Shown here piece after piece: positions 37,675-49,826 of a stretch of DNA of 64,000 nt. The notes below the pieces were generated by a model that saw nothing but the letters and a program-made list of their open reading frames with translations, had not been told where the DNA came from and ran no database searches. A program made the position numbers and the translations under genes. Positions within the stretch are counted from its first letter, which is position 1. Every line of letters begins with the position of its first letter. This stretch comes from Vitrella brassicaformis CCMP3155 (lineage: Eukaryota; Protista; Chromerida): NCBI GenBank assembly GCA_001179505.1, contig CDMY01000878.1, positions 124,001-188,000 of the forward strand. The letters are read 5' to 3'.

Positions 37675-38225
37675 ATGGGCCAAGGAGCGTCTGGCTCGAG
37701 GCCTGTCTTGGTCAAGACTGACCAGCCCGTCCTCGTCAGCAACAGCCAGGACGGCAGCAAGGCGTTTGTCATGCTTTCGGATGGGAAGAAAACCGCGAAG
37801 GTATGCTACGGACAGCGGAAAGGCGCAGCGGGGAAAGCACACAGCACCTCTCTTTGCCCCGCAGATTTGGAGCTTCCCACACCAGCCCCTTGTTTTCAAC
37901 CTGGAAGAAGATAGCATCCTCACGGGTTAGGATGGAGCACATGGCTTCTTATGTCTTGCATTTCCCCTTCCTTTCAGTTTCTGTGTTCACGGCCCCGTCT
38001 GAAGAGGCGGCTGTGGCGTTCGATGGCTTCACTGCAGAGTGCCTATGGTGTGATGGAGGGCGAACATTCCTGGTGGGCGATGCCTTTGTCGGACCGAAAG
38101 AAATCGGCCCCCGCGGCGCCCCCAAATCGAGACGAGACAGATGCGTTTGCATCATTATCTGTCGTCCGTCCGTCCGTCCGTCGGTCCACTCGTTGGTTCA
38201 TACATTCATCCCTTCAGCGCGTTGA
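37675..38225 (+). CDS. MGQG-family paralog B
   Basis: MGQGASGSRPVLVKTDQPVLV..AFVMLSDGKKTAK|IWSFPHQPLVFNLEEDSILT|VSVFTAPSEEAAVAFD; introns 37801-37864 and 37926-37977; 61-nt exon 2 as in copy A. Confidence 0.55.
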
Positions 38226-38327
38226 CTTCCCATCATCTTCCCTCGGCGCCCGAATGCCAGCCATGCTACCCTGGCAGCCATGCGGAGAGTTGTTTCCCGA
38301 ACCCTTTTGAAAGTTTCAAGTTCAAAC

Positions 38328-38690
38328 ATGGGCCAAGGCACGTCTGCCCCGAGGCCTGTCTTGGTGCAAGTCAGCCAGCCACTGCAAGTCAGCCAGCCAC
38401 TGCTGGTGACGACCGGCGAGCACGCTTTTGTGGTCGTCAGCGACGGCGAGAAGACGGTGAAGGTGGGAGAACAAGACGCAGAGGGTTCACAGGCAAGCAT
38501 CACTGTTCACAGAGCAATTCAATACATGGTACGCGGCTTCCCAAATCGTTCGCTGCTATTCCATCTCGAGGAAAACAGTATCCTCACTGGTACCGACACA
38601 GCCAACACAACGCAGCACTCCGAGTGCTTGGCCACACAGGTAGTTCCCTCCCTCCCTCCCATCCAGCGACCGCAGTGCTCGACGCCTTGA
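38328..38690 (+). CDS. MGQG-family paralog C (intron-1 acceptor lost, intron retained in frame; possibly decaying)
   Basis: MGQGTSAPRPVLVQVSQPLQVSQPLLVTTGEHAF..GEKTVK then GFPNRSLLFHLEENSILTG; nucleotide-level inverted similarity to 36457-36690. Confidence 0.5.
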   Translation: MGQGTSAPRPVLVQVSQPLQVSQPLLVTTGEHAFVVVSDGEKTVKVGEQDAEGSQASITVHRAIQYMVRGFPNRSLLFHLEENSILTGTDTANTTQHSECLATQVVPSLPPIQRPQCSTP

Positions 38691-38989
38691 GCGGCGTGGG
38701 ACGCCAGACAACACAATCCACAATGCCCGCGTCCACGGTAAGCGGGAGGAGCAGCGGCTCCTCTTGATCAGGATGCACACACTAAGTTGCTGTCGCTCTG
38801 AATGCAGGTGTGACTGAGAGGCTGCGGATGGTCTGCGGCGATTCACGGCCGTTCAGGTCGATATGCCCTGGGGAAAGGCCTACGAAGAGGACACATACCC
38901 ACTCGACCGCATGGGAGACGGCACAGTGGTCCGCACTGCACTAATCCAATGGATGATGTTATACATTTCTCACTTCCTTTATGGCGTGT

Positions 38990-39201
38990 TGGTGTCGGTG
39001 GCTTCACTGCAGAGTGCCTATGGTGTGATGGAGGCGGCGGCGCCGCTCAGTGAAGCAAACATCGAAAAGAGTAAGCTTGCCGAAATGAGTGGAAACGACG
39101 GTGTCTTTCTTTCGGCTACTGGCTTTCAGGCTGACTGCACTCTCACACCGTGCACCAGTCAACAAGGAAAGGAGGAGCAATATGTGAAAGCGCTAGAGGT
39201 G
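38990..39201 (+). repeat. Further fragments of the duplicated unit
   Basis: GGCTTCACTGCAGAGTGCCTATGGTGTGATGGAGG repeats about 38025-38060; GAAAAGAGTAAGCTTGCCGAAATGAGTGGAAAC matches the reverse complement of about 35930-35960. Confidence 0.6.
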
Positions 39202-40195
39202 AGCAATCATGTGTGTGTTTTGAGTGTGGTCTGTGTCGGGGTGGTGGCTGACTGGCTGGCTGACCGGCTGACCATGTGTGTATGTGCCTATTTGTTGTGC
39301 AGGACGCCATGCTGGAAGGGCTGGTGCGGGGCTATCGGCGCGGCATCAATGCCGAGAGCAGAGCCACAGGGGACCAGATGTATGCCTGGTCCAAGGACCG
39401 CGACTTTCGGCCTTCTTACCGGGCCGGATATCCTGGTCACGGCGGCACATGTGGCGCCGACCGCTGCCACGGTCAAGCTCGGGGAAGAGAAGCAGCTCTG
39501 CAGGACGCTGCGACGACAAGGCGGGCAGTTAGTTCAACAACGCCCCTGGGACTGGGGCTGCCCAAGACCTGAGCAGCATCTACCGACGAAGAAGGAGTCC
39601 GTCAACCATGCGCTGAGGCAGCTAAGGAGCGACCGAGAGCGGCAGCGGCAGCGGCACGGTGCACCTGGCATGAGCTCATATGCCCAAGAAGACTCCCGTT
39701 CCCGGCCCCTTCCCAAGCGTCCCGCCCTTTACCGGCAATGTCTATGGTGATTGGCTGCGTGCGTATACGTACGGATGGTGGGTGAGCGATTCCATAGCTT
39801 GATTGGAGTGCCTGCCTATTATGTCCCCCCCCTCCCCCCCGGTGTGCAGTGATCTGTGTGGATTGGTGTTGTGTCTATCCTCCTAGGGCGTGACTAGGAA
39901 ACGAGGCCTTTTCTGCCGCGGGGTTGACGCGTGAAAGGAGACAGGGCGGGGTGGTTCGGGCAGCATGGCTGCCTACATTTTATATTCCGTTCGTGCGTTG
40001 TGCTGAATGTTCCTCGTTCGAAAGACCGATTGATTGCCGTGAAGGCTTTCAATTGCATTGACGTCAACAGACACATGCTTCAAAAATTGGAAAGAGACAA
40101 TCGCATTCAGGTCATGAAGGAACGGCAAGCCATCCAGACACACGTGCACACACACAAACACACACGCACCCACGCAGAAGATGCACACGGCTTGG

Positions 40196-43100
40196 TCAAT
40201 TGCTGCGGGACGTCGACTGCATGCGCCGGAAGAACGCCTCAAGCGGTGAAGGTAGGGCCGTCGCCATGGTCGCCTGCACCGCACGGCATGGCCGCCACAC
40301 CAAACACAGGGAGAGACACAATGCAATATGCGCGTGTCTCTGTGATTGGTACGTGTCCCATCCTTGCCTGTGTGGTGTCTTGTCCGATGGTGAGCGTCAG
40401 GCTCTTCTGGATCCACTCGGGCAGCTGCTGCTGAGTGGCACCCACACCATAGCTGCATGGACGGACCACACACAGAGGGCAGACAATGCACGTATGGCTC
40501 TCTTTGCCGGCGAGTGTGTGTGTTGCGACCGTGAGTCGATGAGTAGGATGGCGCCGTAGTCGCTGCGCGATCGGATGGCACGGCCGACACACTGATGCAT
40601 TCACGACACAGACAAGGGGAGGGTGACGGTGGCTGGGTTCGCGCCCGTCTTCCCTCCCTCCCTCCCTCCCTGGCTGCGTGCCTGGTTGACGGCCTTCATG
40701 CAGAGACACTGATAGTACTCCCGCCCTGCAGGATATGAACGGATGGATGGATGGTACACCACGCATGCAATCGTCCACCCACCTCCAGTCTGTACCTGTG
40801 ATCCGCTGCTGTGCGTCGCCCTCCCCCTCCCGCCTGGCCCGCGACGCAGCCGTGTCGAGGAAGTTCATCTTCTGCCGGATCTTCAGATCCTGAAGGAAGG
40901 CGGAATGGAGAGACGCAGAAATGTATGTGTGTGTGTGTGTATGTGATCCGTCATGCCTTTCTGGGGTATGGGCATCCGACGACACAGACACCTCTGGCCA
41001 GGTCGTCCTTGAAGTTCATGCCCTGCACACAGCCAGCCAGCGGGCAAACACAGATGGGTGTGGTTGCTGGGTGGGGGTGACCTCGCTGAGCTTGCCGCCG
41101 ACTACACTGAACAGCAGCGCCCCTCTGCGAGCACGACCGTCGGTCCCCAACACGTACTGCCTGCATCATCCATCCATCCATCACCACACACACTCCCTCC
41201 ACCCTCACATGTCTCCTCCCTCCGTCCCCTTCAACGTCACCTGAAGTCCCGAAACAGCGGCAGCTCATCCCCATCGCTGCCCGCCTTGCCACCACCAGCC
41301 CCACCCCTTGCACCCGCCCTCTGCTCCACAAACACCCGCTTGTGTTTGGCGATCTCGCTGCTCACGGCGGGGTGGCTCTTGATGTACGTGTCCAGATGTG
41401 CGAGGAAGTCGAATGACGGCACAAAGACGACCAGGCCGGCGGGGACGGCGGCGCAGAGGCTGGCGATGAATGCGGTGAGGTTGCGGAGGGTGGCGTCTTG
41501 GGAGCGGCTGGCGTAGTCGAACTTCCACGGATGGCCGTCGGGACCTGCAGTAGAATACGGTGGATGCATCGGGCGTGTGTGGATGGTGTGGGGTGTTGTG
41601 TACCGTTGGTCACGGTGGAGACGAAGACCTGCGATGGCGGTACGACGTGTGTGCCGCTGAAGTGGACGATCTTCTCCGCCGGCAGCGAAGATGACAGGGG
41701 GGCAAACTCTGACCGCACGCACAGACCATGGGTGCAGGTGGCTGTGTGTCTGTCGACTTTTACCTCGTCTGGGCTCCATGGTGCCGCCCGCCAGCAGCAC
41801 CGCTCTCGCGTCCTTGACGATGTCGTGGAACCGCTCCTCCGCGTTGAGATTCATGATCTCCAGCCGGCCCTCGACACCACTACCACTACCACCAGGCCAC
41901 ACCAGAATACGCTCTGCAACACACACCCAACACACGGATAAGAACCGTCTTCTTTCCTTCTCTCTGCCTGTGTTTGAGTGGATTACCGTCAGATGTGCCG
42001 GCCAGGAGGCCTGAGAGGAACTCCACCAGCGTGTGTAGAGATGATGACGCGTACTGCGCGTTGGGGCCGCCCGCCTGGCGGGCCAGCTTGCGACGACGGC
42101 ACTCACTGAACCCCCGCAGCTGCACGCATTCATCCACCAACACAAGAAAGGCATTCGCGTGTGCAGTTTGAATGGGTGCTGGTTGTGTTGTGTGTAGGTG
42201 TGTGCCTTTCGGAGGAACAGGGGGTCGCGGATCCAGTCTCGCAGGTCGTTCAGTGGGAAATGCTCCAGCTGCGCATCTGTAGGTATCAATGGATAGCATT
42301 GGGTTGTTTCTTTCTTTCTCCCTCCATCACTCCCTCCCTCCCTCTGTCCACACCCACCTTGCAGGAACCTTGCGATGGTGTGCGAGCGTCCCTCTGTGTG
42401 GTTGTCGGTCTCTGTCTGAATGAGGGTGTGGAGGTGGTCGCACATCTTGATGAATATCTTGAGGTTGGCGCTGTTGTTGCCCTTGAGCCACTTCTCGTAC
42501 TGAACCAAATACGCCTCCCTGACAGACGCACACACACACGCACACACACAGAGGAAATGGGTTGTGTGTGTGTGTGGAGGGGTGGAGAGGGGATGGTCTG
42601 CGTACAGGTCTTGTCGGCATCCTGCGAGTTGCGATTGCGTGATTGTGCAGCTGTGTGAAGAGTTGATGGCCTCGATCAGGTTGTGCGCCTCGTCGAAAAC
42701 TATCACACTGCCCTTGATACGGATGCCTGCACCCACACCCACACCCACACCCACACCCACACCCATACCCACACCCACACTCTCTGTTGTGTTTGCTGTG
42801 GAACGGTCATTCTCTCCCTCCCCTGAACACACCTAGCGCTTCTCGCGTGTCTCTTGATAGGATGCAGTTATACGGCAGCAGCAAAACCTGCGTCAACATG
42901 CACACACACATACACTGATTGCACCACTGGTGAGGGTATGCGGCCACAGATAGGACGTACATCTGCGTCGGGTGCGGCTTCTCGTGTGCCGAAGTATGGG
43001 CAGGAGCAGACGGACTCTTTCGAACCCCAACGCTTCAGATCTTCTATGTCTAACACCTCACTCTACACACACATCAACACGCACGCATCGTTTTTCGTCT

Positions 43101-44647
43101 GTGTCTCCGTGTGTGTGCTTTGTTGTGTGTACGAGCGCGAGGTCAGCGGTGCGGGAGGAGCTCTTCTTGTACTGACACTTGCCTGGGCGCATTGCAGTCA
43201 TTCGGGCCACGTGGTCAATGCATTGTGGCAGTTTCTGCCTGTGCTGTGCAATGTACCTTCATCTACTTTTGTCCGACACAGGTCTGTCAGGTGGCTTGCA
43301 CTGTGGGCGGCGCTGCGCACCTCCTGACGCACAAACACTCACACACAGATCACACAGATGTATGTCACACTTTCGTCTCATCTTCTGCCATGTGTGGTTG
43401 TCCGGGCCTTGCCTGGTTGATGCAGAGCTGCTGGCGGGACGCGAGCGGCACAACAACGACCTTGGCAGCGTGGGATGTGCGCAGAATCTGTTCATATTGA
43501 GCGGAACCATGCACCATCCCTCCCTCCCTCCCACCTCCCACATCCACCGACCTCCTCTTTGTACTGCTTGAGCTGCTCGTGGGTGCGGCTACAGATGAGG
43601 ATCTGACCACACACAGACAGACAGACAGACAGACGGGGAGGGAGGGAGGGTGAGGGGAGAAGGGGGGTGTGTGTGTATGTCTGTGTGCCTGTCTGTCTGT
43701 TTGTGTCTTGCCTACCTGCGGTTTGGTGAACCGGGAGGTCTCAGCCCTGAGGTGCTCCTCCTCACCAGATGTGCTACATACTGACACTCACACACAGAAG
43801 CATGCACAGGGAGAATGCCACCGCCGCCCCAACCCACTCGAGTTGAGCAGGAACTCCAGATCAATGGCAGCAGGCCTCGCGGACACAGACGCAGACGCAC
43901 TCCCACCACCGCCAGCAGCAGCAGCAGCAGCCGGCTGCAAGCATGTCCCACAATGAGAACTTGTCAGCTCATCCACCTCACCTCATCCCACCTACATGTA
44001 CCTACCTCCTGTGTGACCTTCTGTTTCTTGGCAGCCGGGCCAGGCAGTCCGACAGGGAACATGGTCTGCTTGCTCTGCGTCTTGATGATGGCTGCACGGG
44101 TCTTGCGCTGCTGCAGCCGCTCCAGCCTCTCATTGACCCACGCCTGCAGCTCCTCCTGCTCTCGAGTCGCCTTGCTCTGCGTCAGCCACAGTGGCAGCGG
44201 GGCACCTGCATTGCATCCATCGTCCACGGTGACCCATGGAGAACAGACATCAGAGATTGACGGGCAGTGTGTGCCCTCTGTCCTTTCCCCACCCACTTTT
44301 GGCTGGTTGAGCGGCGTTGGCTTCGGCTGCGGTGCTGGGTTCCCTGACCAACTGCTGCTTCAGCACCGACATCTCGTTGTCACGCAGCCTGCACCACACG
44401 GAAACCGGAACACACCACCATCCATCCATCCATCCATCCATCCATCCAGCCATTTTCCTCTGTATCACCACTGCAGCGCCGTGCAGACTATCATGAGGGT
44501 CTTCCCCGTGCCTGTGGGGCTCTGGAACACGCCGAACCCGCCCTCCTGCAACAGCTGGTACGCCTTGACCATGAACTTGATCTGTGTCGGATACGGCGTG
44601 AAGGGGAACTCGATCTTGACCACATCCGACTCGCCACTGGCCGCCAT
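40196..44647 (-). CDS. DDX11: DDX11/Chl1 Fe-S DEAH DNA helicase
   Basis: FPFTPYPTQ (Q motif), QSPTGTGKT, CSRTHEQL, four Fe-S cysteines (LCIN, QCID, KCQY, CPYF), FDEAHNL, LAGGTMEP, VFVPSF, VNQCVGRAIR..DYGAILLIDSR, LPEWI. The 3' end is approximate. Confidence 0.92.
42730..42780. repeat. (ACCCAC)n hexamer microsatellite at a DDX11 intron 3' end
   Basis: About 8 units directly abutting the minus-strand CAG acceptor. Confidence 0.9.
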
Positions 44648-44697
44648 CTCTTGGACACCAACGTCACACCATTGGCGGCCAGAATTTCTGGCGAGGT

Positions 44698-44707
44698 TGC
44701 GAGCTAA
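44698..44707 (+). promoter_or_regulatory. Candidate promoter motif (TGCGAGCTAA)
   Basis: Inside the 74-bp gap between the DDX11 and GST starts. Confidence 0.5.
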
Positions 44708-44721
44708 GCTTGTGGGGAAGG

Positions 44722-46504
44722 ATGATCTCTCATCTGAGGCCTGTCCGGCTGTCCCTCGTCCCTCTGATCTGCCTCAGTGTCGATCTTGCTCAGGGATCTG
44801 TTCGAAAAACGGCCTCGTTCGCTTCCTCGTCATCTTCAGGCTACCGTAGAGCCTCGTTTGTGCTGCCAAGCCTCCTGCTGCACAGCTCCTGCACATCCAT
44901 AAGCCAACAACGGGTCGGACCAGCAGATCATCATCAGCACCAGGCTGAGCACCGCGGCTATCGCTCGTTTTCTGTGGCCCACTCATCGGCGCATCCTCCC
45001 AGCACAAGAGCGTTTGCCACACGCACGAGCGAGATAGCCTCGCCAGAGATGCAGAGTCATGGGCCTGTCTTCAAGACTGACGGCGCGACTCTGCCGCCGA
45101 CAGTCGAGGCGCTGAAGCAATCGGTGCTCAAGACGGCCACTGGGCAGCGGCTGTCGGCGGAGCTTGCTGAGAGGGAGAAGGGCGCTGGGCCGCCGCACAC
45201 GGACTGCAAGATTCGGCTGTTTGGCAAGAGGGAGGAGGATGTGCGGGTGGTCTTGTATCGGGACTCTGCAGCCTGGTGCCCCTACTGCCAGAAGCTGTGG
45301 ATGCTGCTCGAGGAGAAGCGCATCCCCTACCGCATTGAGAAGATTAACATGAGAAGCTATGGGGACAAACCTGAGTGGTTCCTGAGGTATATGCAAGTGT
45401 CAAGCACCCACGAGATTGGGTGCCTCATGTGTTTGTGTGTGGTGTGTGGTGATGTGCAGAGCCAACCCCAACGGCCTGCTGCCCGTCATCGAGCTCGATG
45501 GCCAACTGATCTTTGGTCAGTGAGATGGACACACACATGATGATGTGACATCAACAAGTAGCATCTCTGTGCTGTGTGTCGTTGGTCCGTCTATCACACA
45601 TACAGAGAGCCTGCGCATCATGGCCTTGCTAGAGGAGACCTTCCAGCCGCCCGACCACCCCGCCACCCTCCCGCCCCAGGGCTCGCCAGCCATGGACCGC
45701 GCCAACGACCTGCTGGCGCTCGAGCGAGAGCTGTTTGGAAAGTGGTGCTCCTTCGTCTTTCGACCAGACCCCCTCGGTATGGCCCGGCGGTCGTTCGAGT
45801 CGTGTCTGGATAAGGTGGACGGTGAGCTGGGCAAGACGGAGGGGCCTTGGTTTCTGGAGGGGGAGGTGCCGTCGATTGTGGACCTGCAGTATGTGAGCCA
45901 TGTCGAAAGAATGTGCGCCTCGACGCTCTACTGGAAGGTCGGCCAGAGAATTTGTCTGTGTGGACACATCGACAGTCCACCTTTTTTCTGTGTATGCGTG
46001 TGTGTGTTTGCAGGGTCTGCAGATCCGCGGGAGTGGTCGCTGGAGCAACATCGACAGATGGTTTGACGCATTTGACAAGGTATGGACATGCAGATGGATG
46101 GATGATGGCACACGACACAGACCGAGACGAAGTGTGTGTGTGTGTGTGACGTGCGTGTGCAGCGGCCGAGCTACCAGGCGTCCAAGAGCGATTACTACAC
46201 CCACGTCATGGACATCCCGCCGCAGTACGGCCCCGCATTCAGTGACAAGGCCGGCGAGAAGTACCGTGCCCTCATCGACGGCAAGGAGGCCTCCTGGCGG
46301 CTGCCTCTGGCCCCGCTGCTGCCCACTGACCCAGAGCCCACCACGGCCGACACCAATCCGGGCGACGAGGGCGCCCGGCACCAGGCATGCTTCAAGCTCG
46401 TCAACAATCTGCCCGCTGTGGCGCGATTCGCACTCAGGTACCTGAGGCGCACGCAATGTGTGACAAACCAGACAGACAGGGCAGATGGGCACTTCTCTCT
46501 CTCG

Positions 46505-46535
<31 letters not shown>

Positions 46536-46874
46536 TGTGTGTGCAGAGGTGCGGGATTGCCTGGCGCCAAGCGCTTCGCGGCCCCTCTGGCTGATCCCTA
46601 TGCGCAGCCGAATCTCAACTACGAGGCCGACATGGACATCGCCCTCCGATTCGTGGTACATGCGCTGCTCAGTGGCGTGGATGACCAGGCCGACAAGGCG
46701 ATGCGAGAGGCACTAGTGGGTGCGAGTGGCAGTGGCCGGGCGGACCTGGCCAAGTGTGTGGCGTATGTGCGCGACCGCGTGGGTGTGCCGCGGGACATGC
46801 CCTATCCCGCCGCCATGCAGCTACGCGCGCATCTCAATTGGGTGCACGATGCACTGCTCGAGGAGAAGAAATGA
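44722..46874 (+). CDS. Glutathione S-transferase family protein with CPYC active site and predicted bipartite plastid leader
   Basis: YRDSAAWCPYCQKLWMLLEEKRIPYRIEKINM..NPNGLLPVIELDG..TESLRIM; C-domain GPWFLEG..SIVDLQY..ERM; N terminus hydrophobic then Ser/Arg-rich (ASF). Confidence 0.88.
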
Positions 46875-47517
46875 ATAATGAGTGGCCGTGAGAGTTTTTT
46901 GGTGCATGTGTTGTGGCTTGACGGATGCAGTGAGAGGCCAGACGCGGTAGTAGAGTAGAGCGATACGTCTTTGTCGCCTCGGAGGGGCCTTTTTTCGGGC
47001 AAGATAACGTGAATTCACCTTCTCGGCCGTTTCTCAAAGTGCTGCAGAGCACCTGGCGATACGGGCCGGGAGGGAAACTGTCGTGGCCATATGCTATGCA
47101 CTGCTAGTTAAGGGCCATTATTATCTAGCTACAGCCAGTGACTGACTGTGAGAGGGACACCGTGTGTGGGCGGGTGGGACTGGCGTCGGCCGCTGGTGAC
47201 GCAACACGTCAGACGTGAAGCCAATACACGTCTGGCACGTTGGCGGGTCAGTGACGAACGACTTTTCCACCTCACTTACCTCACGTGCATGTCTCACGAA
47301 TGTATGACGTCATGACTGATGTGTCAGATGGGCATCGAGTCTCGGAGCGCCATGTAACTGCATCCTTTCATGGAGGAAGACACTCATGCATTCATTCATT
47401 CATTCATGGAAGATGTGTCCACTGGTCCACACCGACACACACACGGTTGGTGTCTCACTCACTTGCAACATTGCGATATCAACATGACACCCACACCCAT
47501 CCCCTTGCCCCTCTCTC

Positions 47518-49624
47518 TCACTGCACAGCAGAGAAGTAGTCAGTGATCTTGCGCTGCATCGGGTCACCGACAAAACCGATGCGGCGCACCTCCACGCAAC
47601 ACAGATGGGCCAATGGGGTCAGCTCCACGAGGTCAAAACCGGCCGCCCGCAGCAGCGCATGAAAGCGGCCGCCGCCCAGCTGGGCTTGCTCAAGCACACT
47701 CAGGAACTGGCTGTAGTCGAGTTGGCTGTCTTCCTGTCTGCCGTACTCACAGCAACTTTGCGGGCACAGATCCACCTCAAGCACAATGCTATGCAGACAT
47801 GGCAGAATGGCGATGGCATGCATGTGCATCCTGACGACTGACTCATTGGACCACTCCATCCCCTCCTCGTCGTCACAGGCACACACCTCGACAGAATGGG
47901 TAGCGCGAGACATGCGCTCGTGGAACGGCTTGTCTGCCTCTTCCTCTCCTGCCTCATCCACCCACAGCGACCACTCCCCCACCCCCTCCTCAATGTCGAC
48001 ACCACACCTGACAACCGTGAGGTTGCCCAGCTGCTCTAGCACTGACTGCACGTGTCCCTCTGCTAGGCTGGCCAGCCCTTGGCTGGCCAGCCCTTCCCCA
48101 TCGAATGAGAAAAGGTCTGCCTCTGTGACGTGAGGAAACATATGACCGATACGCGACAGAAAGGCAGCCGGCACAGGAAAGAGATTATGCCGGACCTCCC
48201 GGTAGATGCTCAGCGAAGAGACTCGGGGAAAATTGAGTTTGGACACGACAGAATAGAGTTGAGGCGAGAAGTTGTGGGCGTTGGAGAATGCTACAGGCAG
48301 TGAGGCAGAGGTAGCCATCGATGCAAACTTCTGAATGGTCTGGGCGCACTCGAGCAGGTCGGCGTCCGTCATGTGGAAGAGCGCGGAGAAGTTGAAGTAG
48401 AGTATCTCGTAGCGCCACACCTCCTCGGCACCGGCCGCCAGACACCGTATGCGAAACGCGTTGATGGCCTGAATGCCCACAACAACACATGAAAGGTGGC
48501 CAGGCCTTCACGAGCGTGCGCTCCTCACCTTTATGGAGGCCGCAGAATTGACGAACATGTCGCTCGTCATGTCAAACGCATCGAGCTTCAGGCCGCACTC
48601 GCTGAGCCGCTGTGCATCCCATGGGCCCATGTCGGTGACCGTGAGGCGCTTCAAGCTGCTGAGATCGACTCCAGCGGGCATGCCGGAGCCCCAGTGCAGG
48701 CCATCAGCATGGTCCAGCTCGAGTGTGTGTAGCGCTCGACTGAAGTGGTGCCAGGGGTGGCAGCAGCTGTAGGATGATGAAACGCACAGTGACTCAAGCG
48801 AGCTGCAGAAGAGAGGAAACATACACACACAAAGAGATACAGTATCGTTGGAAGGCCCCTAGCTGTGAGGCCGATACCTGAGCCGCCACATTCGCATTTC
48901 AGCCACTTGCACCCAATGACCAGCGACAGCGACTTGGGCCAGCACCGGGAACTCGAGCTCCACCGACGACTGATGCACCACGGGTTCGCTCCACTCGCGG
49001 TCGTCCACCTTCAGGAACGTCAGCGTCTTGCGTGTGGCCTCGATCAGACGCACAAGGCCACCCTCCACCGGACACATCATGACGATGCGCTTCGTGCGAG
49101 TGAGGCGGGGGGACCATGCAGCTGTCTGACGGTCGGTAACGGGGATGGGCTTGTGTCTGCGGGAGTTGCGGTACGTGTTCCTCAGGTAGATGGTGCGATG
49201 CATCTGTGGGTCTGTGGCGATGGTGTGGAAGGCCTTGCGGACGAGTGAGAGGGTGCCGATGATGCACTGGGTGCCAAGCAATTCGCTGAGGACGGTGCGG
49301 CGGACGTCATCGGGAAGCAGATGCAGTGACTGCAGAGACTGAAGACAAGCAAAGCAGGCACCGCCAACCAATGAACGAAAGATGGCCGAAAGCGGTTGAA
49401 TGCACTTGTGTCTGCTGCATGTATTGTGTACCTGGGCGTGCCTCTCATCAGGCTGTGTAATGGATGAGTCATCTCCACCACTGTGGCTCACAAGCGCAGC
49501 CTGATGAACGAAACACACACACAGCAGCGTGGCAACAATCATGGCTTGGCGCATGTTTGCCCGCTGCGCTGCCCGCCTCCCTGACCTCTTCGCTTCTGCG
49601 CTGCTTCTTGCTTGAGTTTGCCAT
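47518..49624 (-). CDS. F-box-like / LRR-like protein with C-terminal PIP box (paralog B)
   Basis: First exon [13 protein letters not shown]; F-box-like [40 protein letters not shown]; ends [12 protein letters not shown]. Confidence 0.7.
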
Positions 49625-49711
49625 CACGTCAACAGGACTGTTTCATTCATCGGGCTCAATCATCGGCTTGCTTCCATTCAACGGTTCCCTGTTTCCCCCC
49701 CTGCTCCAGTT

Positions 49712-49721
49712 TGAGCTCGCA
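49712..49721 (-). promoter_or_regulatory. Candidate promoter motif (TGCGAGCTCA)
   Basis: Between 49624 and 49827. Confidence 0.5.
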
Positions 49722-49826
49722 AGTCGATCAGTCTTTCCACGCTGTTGAGCCACCGCGAAGGCGTGGATAGCATGAGGAGAACAAGCTCCACCAGCCTCTG
49801 TTGAAGATCCGCAGAGATCCGCGACG

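Noticed and set aside
41237-42832. 531-aa ORF with a VGVGVG repeat as a novel protein
   Set aside because: It is DDX11 exons plus stop-free introns; the VG repeat is an intronic hexamer microsatellite.
43790-43900. Apparent loss of the DDX11 EYE (Timeless-binding) motif
   Set aside because: Exon boundaries here are ambiguous, so the residues cannot be called reliably.
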